In this document: positions 25,801 through 36,013 of the stretch, in pieces
Layout: each line of letters begins with the position of its first letter
Position numbering within the stretch: position 1 is the first letter of the stretch
Origin: Lytechinus pictus
Lineage: Eukaryota
DNA: 64,000 nt
Assembly (NCBI RefSeq): GCF_037042905.1
Contig: NC_087245.1
Span: 24,926,001 to 24,990,000 of the forward strand
Reading direction: 5' to 3'
Program-made: the position numbers and the translations under genes
The notes under the pieces: model-generated
The model's input: only the letters and a program-made list of their open reading frames with translations
Database searches by the model: none
Told to the model about the DNA's origin: nothing

Positions 25801-28713
25801 GTCTTGTGGTTATGTCTTTGTCTCTCAATCTGAGGGACATGGCATGACGTCGCAGTATTTAATGGGAGGGGTGGAATTACAATATAAAAATAAATAATAA
25901 TATAGGATTTGTATAGCGCACGTATCCACCCTGCTAGGTGCTCAAGGCGCTCCTATTACACCGACTAAGCTAGTCTACCGATTCCGGTGCGCACAGCTAA
26001 GTTGAGGAATTACCATGGAATAGTCTCAGTAATGAATTAGTTAATGCACCCAGTGTCTACAGTTTCGAGAAAGGACTGGATAAGTATTGGACCGGGTATT
26101 GGAGAAGCGAACCAGTGAAGTTCAAGTTCGACGCTGACCCACCAGGACATGATCCGGCCAACCTAAAGAGGAGAAAGAATTTGGAACTGAATACATAGTC
26201 ATAATATGACTTCGTTCAGTACACTCCCTAACTATCCCTAAGTATTACTTCATGCCGGTACCCATTTACCTACCTGGGTTGGCCAGCACAATGTGGGTAA
26301 ATTTCTTGCTGAATGAAAACACGCCATGGCTTGGAATCGATCTCACGTCCTTCAGATTGAAAGACGACAGTCTAAACTACTAGACCACGACGCCCCCACA
26401 ATTATTATTATTATCAATATTATTGTTGTTGTTGCTGCTGCTGTTGTTGTTATCATTATCATTATTATTATCATTATTATTATTATTATCATCATCATCG
26501 TTATTATTATTATCATTATTATTATCATATTTTTATGCTTTCTTTCCCCATTCCTCTAAATCAGCAGAAAGAAAGTCGGGACGAAAATGCATCAAAAAAG
26601 GCCAATAAAGATATTCCATGGCAACAACAAGACAGCTATAAGTGAAATACCAGAGCGAGTGGAGTCTTGCGCTCTTGTTGGGAATTCAGGAATACTTTTG
26701 AACAGCGGTTGTGGCCATCTGATAGACAAATCCGACCTGGTTATCCGGATGAATTTGGCCGAGTTTGGTCACGAGTACTCCCCCGACGTGGGTTCGAAGG
26801 TATCCTTTATGACCATCAACGGGGAACAGTGCAGACTCTTACAATCTTGCTTCGCAAATAAAAAGAAAGAAAATGAATCAGCCTCTGAGTGGTTGACAAG
26901 AATACCAGCAGAGTGCGGCACTACGATCAGCAGGCTTAAACTACTAAAGAATGATAGTGTCCTTTGGGCATCTCGGGGCCATGCTAGCAAGATAGTTCGT
27001 CTTCTCCCTCATCTGAGAGAACGGTTTCATCTTTTCTTCAGCCATGGCATCAATTATCGACCTTTAATTACACCCGCAATCCGGCAATTCATTCAATCCC
27101 AATACCGATTCCACTAGATGGGGGTGAAATCTTACATATTGTTCAAAATGTCAACAAAAATTCTATAATTTCTTCCATTTAGTCAAATAATATAGCATAA
27201 CATGATTTGATAGTAAATTATACGATCAAATTATTCATTAGACCAAAAGCGTCAGTCTCTTCACCGTCGGTTGTTCTGCTGAACTACATTGGCTTCACTT
27301 GATGGGGATCGATGGTATGGTATACATAAAATAATGCTAAGGGCTAATTGTTCCAGCCCATTATACAGGGGCCGCGGAACGGTTATGAAAGTGGGGGGGG
27401 GGGGCTGACCATGCAAAAAATAACAATCAGATGGTGATGGTGTTTGAAAAAGTGTGAGGCTGAAGCCCCCCCCCCCCCCCCCCCCGTTCCACGGCCCTTG
27501 TTATATACTACTCAATGTCATTTACTTTGGGTGAAAGTTGCGTCATTTCATAACAACGAAAAACCGACAAAATATTTTGCAAACAGAATTTGAACACTTC
27601 ATTTTTCTTCCCACACCCCCCATCCTCCATCTCTAAAATCCTGGACCGGCCTATGGTTTTTGAGTACGTAATAAAAGATATCTATGTTCCAAATGCATTA
27701 TATAAATAGTTATTTTGTACAATATCATCAATTATTACAATTCCTTCATTGGCCTACTCTTTAACATATTTGTAGATGAATACATAGATAAAATTTTCAC
27801 TTGTAAGAACTATTCACAATCGTTTTATCAAAAGCGTTGGGCGTTTGAAGTCATCCGGTATTTAGGTGTTTTAATATAATATTAAAATATATCAATGAGA
27901 GCAAATTTTATTTGGAAATTGAGGGATTACTTAATGAAAACTTTTCATGAATAAAATCAATGTACAAAAGAAAAATCTATTTAAAAAATGCTTTAATCTA
28001 AATGCAGTCTGATTTTCTAAACAAATCTATATGTAAACAATCATTAGGCTAACTCGCACGAAATATGTTTGAATGATAAAAGAATCATCCATCAAAAACT
28101 TGTAGGCCTGTGTAATGATAAATTGTTTACAATTTGTTGTTTTAAAGTATAAAACCAAAGACAGTTCACATTCAGTTGTGCTTGTTGCAGAGTAAATTAA
28201 TCCAGGTTGTTCTAAATTAGGCTGAGGTATTATGGACTATATCTGTAGTAGTGCCCATGCATGAATTGGAAATATGGATCTTAAGAAAATAAGAACTTGG
28301 ATCTCAGCAAAGACCCTGTGTCTGATAAGATGTTTAAAATTATAATTGCCAATTACGTGGATGTTGACTTATACGCACATCCATATTAATGAGGATCGAA
28401 GTACTACTCCATGATTTACAACAAATGTAATTGATTTTTTGTTTACAGGTTGTGGCATTTTAGAGCGCCATCGTCTGGCTTAACCCTTCTCGCACCCATG
28501 ATTCAACTGTGCGATGAGGTATCGTTGTTCGGATTCTACCCATTCCACACGGACCAGTATAATCAGACAATTCTACATCATTATTATGAGCCGGAGGTAT
28601 ACTTGAACTATACAACAAATGCCCACAAAATGCCGGAAGAATATCAGTTTCTCTTAGACCTGGAAAATATGGGCGCGATCAGAATTATCAACAATTGCAC
28701 CCCAAGCAATTAG
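15213..28713 (+). CDS. ST8Sia-like (alpha-2,8) sialyltransferase, GT29, 4 coding exons, ~326 aa
   Basis: Exons 15213..15339, 17176..17248, 26568..27083, 28449..28713 total 981 nt in frame. Type II signal anchor, sialylmotif L (CALVGNSGILLNSGCGHLID...VIRMN...DVGSK), S (PSSGL...LCDEVSLFGFYPF), III (HYYE), VS (HKMPEE) and the ST8Sia-type C-terminal Cys. Confidence 0.88.
15897..16798. mobile_element. Degenerate piggyBac-like MITE (TTAA CC...AGGG) containing a smaller inverted-repeat insert at ~16425..16617
   Basis: ttaaccttgaaaggg left end and cctttaagggtt right end; inner ttcacacg / cgtgtgaa inverted pair. Confidence 0.5.
17176..17248 (+). CDS. Sialyltransferase exon 2 (stem)
   Basis: gatcag acceptor, CG|gtaagt donor; reads DAMPYKRAPIFVKSILNSTVVQALR in phase with both neighbours. 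Confidence 0.75.
17600..18085 (-). mobile_element. Decayed 3' end of an L2/CR1-group LINE
   Basis: On -: ...SILWNDI remnant, then an agggttctctc...ctaccctatataaataa tail next to (AAT/GAT)n repeats. Confidence 0.45.
18115..18336. mobile_element. hAT-like MITE
   Basis: cagtagtgt / gcacgctactg TIRs; 8-bp TSD tgccataa/ttccataa (7 of 8). Confidence 0.75.
18693..18749. repeat. (ACAT)n microsatellite
   Basis: Seen directly. Confidence 0.95.
18892..19294. mobile_element. Independent insertion of the ~403-bp GG...ACC MITE family
   Basis: Perfect 8-bp TSD aatgaatc (18884..18891, 19295..19302); same length as 3419..3821. Confidence 0.85.
20214..20628. repeat. Apparently perfect tandem repeat, 174-bp unit, ~2.4 copies
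   Basis: atattgattcctttc starts at 20214, 20388 and 20562. Confidence 0.95.
21124..21701. mobile_element. Kolobok-like MITE (TTAA target, AGG...CCT ends)
   Basis: ttaa|aggtcaagtc ... gacttgtcct|ttaa with long imperfect TIRs. Partial copies near 8700-8816, 35515, 43630, 45155 and 47650. Confidence 0.8.
21810..24030 (+). mobile_element. Degraded non-LTR retrotransposon ORF2 (CR1 group, L2/Daphne-like), many stops and frameshifts
   Basis: RT motifs across frames: NY*GISILSCIGK, GFRHKYSTIDH, FIDFKKAFDSV, GVRQGYNLSPLLFSLY, LLYADN; C-terminal KFRTGNPRLPIVIGRY and GDEFHYIF. Confidence 0.92.
24410..24682. mobile_element. hAT-like MITE
   Basis: cactggcagatcc / gaatccgcccttg ends; perfect 8-bp TSD gttcatat. 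Confidence 0.8.
25407..25695 (+). mobile_element. tRNA-derived SINE (family of 2713..2975), internally deleted
   Basis: gggggcgtcgtggtcttgtgg head, gggttcgcttccc B-box, acccaggtgaggtgcatgggtacc core and (TAT/AAT)n tail. Head plus flank is duplicated at 25708..25842. Confidence 0.85.
25890..26400 (-). mobile_element. tRNA-derived SINE split by a CR1 insertion
   Basis: Head 26400..26244 (ggggcgtcgtggtctagtag); tail 26013..25890. Confidence 0.8.
26014..26243 (+). mobile_element. 5'-truncated CR1 LINE 3' end
   Basis: Encodes WNSLSNELVNAPSVYSFEKGLDKYW (CR1 ORF2 C-terminal pattern); ccctaact/ccctaagt tail; attac duplicated on both sides. Confidence 0.85.
26401..26528. repeat. (ATT/GTT/ATC)n trinucleotide tract
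   Basis: Seen directly, just upstream of the exon 3 acceptor. Confidence 0.95.
26568..27083 (+). CDS. Sialyltransferase exon 3 (sialylmotif L)
   Basis: Tandem cagcag acceptor; L motif. 3' boundary inferred at CG|gcaatt (GC donor); alternative weak GT donor near 27024. Confidence 0.88.
28449..28713 (+). CDS. Sialyltransferase exon 4 (motifs S, III, VS, C-terminal Cys, stop)
   Basis: tttacag acceptor, phase 2; LWHFRAPSSGL...NNCTPSN*. Confidence 0.92.
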
Positions 28714-28862
28714 GATTTGTCCCATTGGCGAACTGATGGGGGAACGGGGGGGGGGGTATGGTATATGATAAAGAATATTTTGATTTGGTGGAAGAAACGG
28801 GATTTAGCATTAATGGGTATAATATCATTAAAACCTTTGTATTATCTACATTGATATTTCTT

Positions 28863-29071
28863 CACTCTAAAAACAAATCAGTCAAAAATGAATAGGTAAT
28901 ATAGGGTCAGCTGGGTGCAACTGTTATTCTTGTCGTATTTGACTATTTTCTGATCGTATTTTACTAGAACAGGGTTATTTCTGACTAGGATATAGTCAGA
29001 AATGTGACTAGACATATCAGTTGCACCCAGCTGACTATACTGGTCAGTTTTACTGACTTGTTTTAAGAGTG
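28863..29071. mobile_element. CACT-ended MITE (EnSpm/CACTA-like)
   Basis: cactctaaaaacaa / ttgttttaagagtg TIRs, tt on both flanks, inner cagctgggtgcaactg inverted pair. Confidence 0.75.
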
Positions 29072-29075
29072 TTCT

Positions 29076-30375
29076 CTCACCCTTGTCCAGGGAATGGATA
29101 GGAAATTGATCTTTGAACTTTTATGGAGTGGTAGAGATAAATTCAAGACGAATATTTATTGTTTATTTAAATTATGATAAGGCTGGTCTTAAAATGACAG
29201 ATGTCCGGTTATTCACTAAGGCACAAAGAAGTATGTGGATCAACATACTTATATTGGGAGAACCAAATATGAAATGGACACAATATTTCAGATAGTTAGC
29301 ATGGGATGTAGTTCTTTGCTAATTTTCTTTGATAACCTCTCAATGAATTTAATAGAATTTGAAGTGCCGGACTTTTTTACAGAAATAATGTATTTTTTAA
29401 AGAAGAGAGGAATACAAGAAATGAGATTATTCTTAATGATAGGTTTATCCCTCTGGATGGACAAACATAACAATATTGATGAAATGGTTTTTTTCAAGAA
29501 TATTTATACAAACTTCATCATTGTAGATAAAGATGATAAAATCTATTTCGACCTTTTCAAATGGGTTTAGAACGTTTGGAAATAAAAAAAAAAGATACTC
29601 GAAATTTTCAACAATATTCGATGCTTTTGGAAGGATTCCCTGAAAAAGAATGGTCAAGGACTCAAGGTGTCAAAGATATTGATTTAAATTTGGATTTTTA
29701 ATTTAAGGATAGATCCTTTTTTTTTCTTGCAAGACATCACATCATAGAGAATATGATGCTGTCTTAAACATGAAAATGGAAATACCCCCAGGCATTTAGA
29801 AAGGCTGATGAAGGTATACAAGAAAAGACATTCCTATCATTTTTTTTTCTAAAAACCACGTAAATCCACTCTTAACAGCAGATTCGGAAAATTCAGATTA
29901 AAATATTACATGATATAATATACACAAAAATATTTATATATGTTTAAAATGACTACTCATGGTTTATGTTCGCTTTGCAGTAAATAAGAATAAACCTATA
30001 TAAGGTTAATGAATGTTTTTCGTGTGATAGAATAAAGACTTTATGGAAAAGAGTGTAGGAATATGCTCCAACTCCTTAATACTACCAAGGAGAGGTGATA
30101 TCTCCTTGATATTATCAATATAGATTTAAAGACGTCCACGTTGGCGTGGAAGGATCAACTAAAGATGCTAAATTATTGAATCACATTATAATCCTATTAA
30201 AGTATATGATTAGTTCAAAAATAGAAGAAACACAAGAAACCACATGCAGACCCTTGACAAGATGGAGAGAATACAAGAAGACGGAATAGAAGAATAGGAA
30301 ACAAGCTGAACAGAGGGGTTTAATAACAAACCATTTCAGAAAATGGGACAAGTTTATTTTCTACGAATGAGGCAG
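29076..30375 (+). mobile_element. Degraded 3' part of an L1/Tx1-like non-LTR retrotransposon
   Basis: Broken peptides (WINILILGEPNMKW; KIQIKILHDIIYT followed by a CSLC motif; KWDKF end) resemble the post-RT region of L1/Tx1 ORF2. Confidence 0.65.
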
Positions 30376-30400
30376 AGTAAGTTAAGTGGGCAGAGCTTAA

Positions 30401-30882
30401 AGAGGAAGTTCACCCTAAAGAAAAAGTTGGTGTAAAAATAGCAGAAAAAATAATTAAAAATATTGATGAAGGTTTGAGGATAATCCATAAAAGATTAAGG
30501 ATGTTATTATAATTTTAAGTTATGGATATGTGATGTCACAAACGAGCAGCTTCCCTGTAATGTAATATAAAATGCAGAAATTTCAATTTTTTAATGGTTC
30601 GTGATGACTTATTTTTTTTCTTTTTAGGAACGAGTGTGAAATGGTTTGTCTATTTTTATACTGAAGGTAAAGTCAAAAGCATTTTCAATTTTCTGAGAAA
30701 ATGACATTTTATGGATTTTTACCATGCGATATGTAGGGAAGCTGCTCGCATATGACGTCACAAATCAAAATCTTAATAACTGTTTTATTCTTTGATGAAT
30801 TTTTCCCAAACATTCGGCAATATTTTTTATTATTTTTTCTGCTATTTTTACAATAAACTTTTTGTCAGGGTGAACTTCCCCT
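30401..30882. mobile_element. Kolobok-like MITE with long TIRs
   Basis: ttaa|agaggaagttcaccct ... agggtgaacttcccct; inverted similarity extends well over 100 bp. Confidence 0.8.
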
Positions 30883-31373
30883 TTTGAGATAATACAGGTA
30901 TACTATGCAAAGCATATCAAAGCGTGAAAGTATGAGGGGTGGGGTTTATAGGGGGAGGAGGCGACGCTTCCTTGCCTTGGTAGGGAAGGGAGCAGGACAA
31001 GGGCTGTCTTTATTGGCAGCATGCAGATGAGAGGCCGGCTGGTCTTTTTACATATTTCGTCTTTCTTCTTTAGTCTTTCGGAATTAGTTTTGTTTGATAC
31101 AAGTTTCGGTATATGTAACTCTATTTGGTTATTATGTATGTATATGAATCTTAATGTCAACATACATTATTTTATATTAATCTGAGATGTTTTCTTTTAT
31201 GCCATTTCAAAGACTTAATCTTGGTTAAGATTTCGATGTTGATTACCACAACATGGTCTAAGTTCATTGACCCCAAAATTACCTTTTACCTTGGTCATGT
31301 GACCTGAAACTCATGCATTATGTTCAGTAATACTTAATTACTCTTAATTAGTCAAACTTTCATGAACCAGGTC

Positions 31374-32860
31374 CAGTGGCGTAACTACGGGGGCATGGGG
31401 GGCACGTGCCCCCCCCCCCCCCCCCCCCCCCCCATCGGCTGGCAAAAAAAAACGGGGAAAGGAGAAAAAGAGGGAGAAAGGGAGAGAAACGTAGTGGGAA
31501 AGAAGAAATTATTGTTCATTATAATGTTATAATTATGTTATGTTATATTACATAAAAACATTGTGTTCATAACTTCATGAAACATAATTTGCTCAGGGCC
31601 AATGCATGTCTTCATTGTTCCTGTTGCTCGCATTGTCTGTTAAACGAGATATATAATCCTGTTGTGCTAAAACCTCCCGTTTTCAAGTCAATTTACACCA
31701 AATATATTTCCTCGCACTTCGAATTATGATTGTTTATGTAGTGACATATGCTTCTTTTTCATGACTACTTAGAGTGATTGCCCCCATATTAAGTTCTTAA
31801 TATAAAACATTTTCTGTCCGTGCTTACGTTCGCATTAGTGGATTGGTGAGATACGTCTGCTCTTCATGAATTCCTAAAATCAGTTCTTTAAAATGTCCCC
31901 TTTTCTTATCTGAATATCAAAAATTTCAGCTTGCGCTTCGCGCTTGCATCATTTGGTTAGTGAAATGCGTATGGTCTTCGTGAATACCTACAAACAAGCC
32001 TTAGAATGCCCCTCTTCAGGTCTTAATTTTCAGCTCGCGCTTCGCGCTCGCAATATTTGATTAATGAGATGCGTATGATAATCATGATTAAAATGACTAC
32101 AAAAAGGGCTTCATGTGTTTAGATGTAATTCTAACAAAATCAACATGTACTTGGCACTCGCATTAAATGACTATGGTGAGATATGTGTACTCTTAATGGA
32201 TTCCTTAAAAACATAGTCCTTAAAATATCTGTTTGAGGTCTATAGGCCTAAATACAAAAAATTCAGCTCGTGCATCGCGCTCGCAACATTTGGTTAGTGA
32301 AATACGTATGGTCTTCGTGAATTCCTACAAACAAGCCTTAAAATGTCCCTCTTCAGATCATAATTTCCTAAATTTTCAGCTCGCGCTTCGCGCTCGCAAT
32401 ATTTGATTTGTGAGATGCGTATGTTAATTATGATTACAATGACTACAAGTGTTTTTTATGTGTAGATGTAATTCTAACAAAATCAGCAAGTGCGTTTTCA
32501 CTCGCATTAGATGACTATGGGGAGATATATATATTCTTAATGGATTCCTAAAATATAATCCTTAAAATGTCTGTTTGGGGTTAAATATATAGAAAAAAAA
32601 TCAGCTCGCGCTTCGCGCTAGCATAGTTTGTTTAGCGAGACAAGTACGTCTCATGATTACAAAAATTTGCTTATAATGTCCCTTTTTAGGTCTGAATATA
32701 AACAAATATTCAGTTCGCGCTTCACGCTTGCATTATGTGATCAGTGATCCGTTTAATGGCACTGTCCTTAAAATGTCTATATTAGGTCAGTATACTTGGC
32801 TCAAAACTTTTGGGTGGTGCCCCCCCCCCCCCCAATGCCGTGACCCACGGTACGCCACTG
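31374..32860. mobile_element. 1.5-kb hAT-like non-autonomous element with an internal ~115-bp tandem array
   Basis: cagtggcgta / tacgccactg TIRs; perfect 8-bp TSD accaggtc; repeated cagctcgcgcttcgcgctcgca units. Confidence 0.9.
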
Positions 32861-35800
32861 ACCAGGTCCATATACTTTCTAAGTTATGATGACATTGTAA
32901 AAACTTAAGTTGGTTAAGATTAGAATGCTGACGACGCCGCACAGTGGGCCAGAATGGGTTGAAAGTGCGCCAAAATTATATTCCGAGTTATATTTTTACT
33001 TTATCATGTTGATTAAGGGTAATTTTTGGCGTAGAATCGGCTGAACATAATCTAAAGCCGATGTGACGTCACCTTGATACCAAATTTTGATTGGCTACTT
33101 AAAACCTATCTGTGAAAAGACAAATTACGCTAAACAATGTGAAGTATAAACTTTGGTTTATGTGCTACTTTCAGATTGACCAGAGTGAATGTTGGTTTGT
33201 GCTTCTCACATGCCTAAAATGTGTGTATGAGATGCCAAAAATAGTTTTATGGCATCAAAATGATCATTAATTAGATTTATAAAAAAAACTTTCATCTGAA
33301 AAATATTAACCGTGCTTTATCAAGCTGTGTTGACTTGTGTAAAACGCAGAGTATATAACACCACGAATGTATTACTATGAGGAGAGTTTTTGGCTGAAAT
33401 TATTCTACTAGTAAGTTTTATCTCTGGAAGAGTTGTGGGTATAGCCCTTATTTGCGTTAGCAACCTTTATTTTGTTTACATTATGCCCGGAATTCATGTC
33501 ATTTTCATGGAATGGGAGGGGATTCGTCCTCGCTGTGCAAAAGCGAACGGCAATGTACACCCATACGGTGCGCTACGACGACTGCGCGGTATAAAAATGA
33601 CCGTTTTTGAACAGGTTTTTGGGGTGTTGTGTCAAGTAAAATCGGCTCTAACATGAAAACGGGCAAAAACGGGCAGCTAAATTTGGTATCGACTTAAAGC
33701 TTAGACATCGGGAAAATGATGCTTATAGAATTTAGACGGAAATCCACGGAAATCTAAACGTTTCTAATGTAAATGCGAAAAACATAGATTTTCAGCCTAT
33801 TTCGAGGAATAATTATCCTACAAACCTCCTGAAAGGTGTCTTTTATCTACTTTGAACCCTTTTACACGAAAAAAAAATATATCAGGATTATGTGGGAGCC
33901 ATTTCAGATCCCTACATGAAAAACCTCCTGTGAAATGGCCTGTTTTTCAACTAGGTTGTCATATACGCACATTTTGCAAAATGTCACATTTTACGATTTG
34001 AGGTAGGAAATTAACAACCTTTATGCAAATTCCGGAATGAAATATTTTGCTGAAGTATTGTTCAAAGTGTTGTCTTTCAGTTGGGCATGACAAAAATTAA
34101 AAATCTGAAATTGCCGAAAATGACTTTATGTCAAATTTTATTTACAAATTTATTTATTTACTTGAATTATTTTGGGTTTTTTTTTTCATTTAAACTTCTC
34201 TTACCTTTTAATTTTCCTTCATAAGTAACTGAAAAAAGAAGATTTTTTTTGTCAACCCAAGCAAGAAGATTTGCATTATTCATTGGGAAAACTTGTGATT
34301 ATTCAAATCCTTTTATTATGTGGAACAAATTATGTACCTTTAAAAGACATGAATCTATCTTTCAAGGGGTCGTTGATTCCTTGACCAAGTTTAATTTCTT
34401 GACAGGAAACACAGGAAGGGATTCATGTCTTTCAATGACAATGGTGTATTGGGTCAATTTTGAAGGAGCTAGATATGGCAGATCGGGTAAAATGTATTAA
34501 AAGTTGTGAGCGAGCGAAGTGAGCACGCAAATATTCCCACTTTTTTATTACAATATCAAATTTTGTGATAGATTTTGACATAATATCCATTAAATAATAT
34601 CATATTTTACTTTCTATCTTTCCTTTTATTTCCTGTCCACTTTTTTTCTTGGTCATGATTTTTTTTAATTGAGGGGAGGGGGGGGCATCCCGAGCCCCCG
34701 CCCATCTGTGTGGCACTGTTCAAAAGGCACCATAACCTTTGTAGCACACAATGAAAGGATTTGAAAGAAAAATCCACGCTCTTCCATACTTCGGTTGAAA
34801 CAAAATTGTTTTAGCTTGAAGAAGGAATATTCAAAGCTAACAGAGAGCATATTAAAAAGAAACAAAAACAGAACAATTCAAGCAAATAAATAGATCTGAA
34901 AATGAATCTTGACCGCATGATTTGAAAATTATGGCAAAGATAATGAAAAGGTTAAGAGGAAGTCTGTTAATTAGCAAGAAGTCCGATAATTATATTCATA
35001 ATTTTATGCCATTTTGGCGCAAGCCCCCTTTTTAACCCAGACAAAAACATTCCGTGTTCGCTCAAGCATGAACGAAACTAAGTTTTTCAATAGCATTTGA
35101 AAGATAAGACCTTAGAGCACCTATTAACACCAAAATATAGACATCATAATTTGAAACAAAAATTTTATAGACTTCAAATCTGTCCCGTTTTTTTATACGC
35201 ACTGTATAGTCTTGCTCTGCTATGCAGGCGAGACAAAAAAATGAAAAGCAGAACCCTGCAAGATTATGTTTAGTGGGTAGTACAATAGGCATAAGAATCG
35301 ATCTCACAACAAAATATAATTAAGTCTATTCAAATTTATTTGTCAAATGCAAAACTCAGATATTATACATTAAAATCCTACACAGTAGACGTATATAAAA
35401 TTCATTCTCAAGTCATGTGCAGGACACAGCATTTGATTATTTGTTCGTCTTTCAGTCCTATTAAAGGAAGATGATATATTTGTGAGTGCTGAAATTATAA
35501 TTATAAATTGTTAAAGAGGATATCCACCCTAATAAAAAGCTGGTTTGAATAAAAATAGAAAAATCAAAGAAATATAATGCTGAAAATTCTGTAGAAATTG
35601 GATATGTAAAATAGAAGTTATGATACTCAAAAATTTTGCTTAATTATTAAAAAAAAGGACAGATGTGATATGCCAACAGGAGAGACAATGGTCACTCACT
35701 TTTTTTTTGGGGGGGAGGGGGGTTAGTGTTCAAATATATGAAATATTTTAATTTTTGTAGCTTTGACTATGAGGAGACTCTTCATCATGGATAATCAACA

Positions 35801-36013
35801 TAATTCTGGAGGAATCAATGTTTCACATGAGGAGAAAATCAGAATACATTTCACTACAAAATACAAAGGAGTTAGTGGGGTATGTGACATTGGTTTCTTC
35901 ATTTGCATTCTTACCAGAATGTGCATATAAATATTCTACGAAATCAACCAAAACTTTGAAATGTCAAAATATTTTTATTTTACATCCAATTTTGATCAAA
36001 TTTTCAGTTTTAA

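Noticed and set aside
26326..26608. Poly-Ile and poly-Leu ORFs as the sialyltransferase TM anchor
   Set aside because: They come from an (ATT)n microsatellite; a better in-phase anchor exon exists at 15213.
32940..34420. cacagtggg start as a Transib/Chapaev-like terminus
   Set aside because: No matching inverted end, TSD or transposase peptide found; probably repeat-derived but unsupported.
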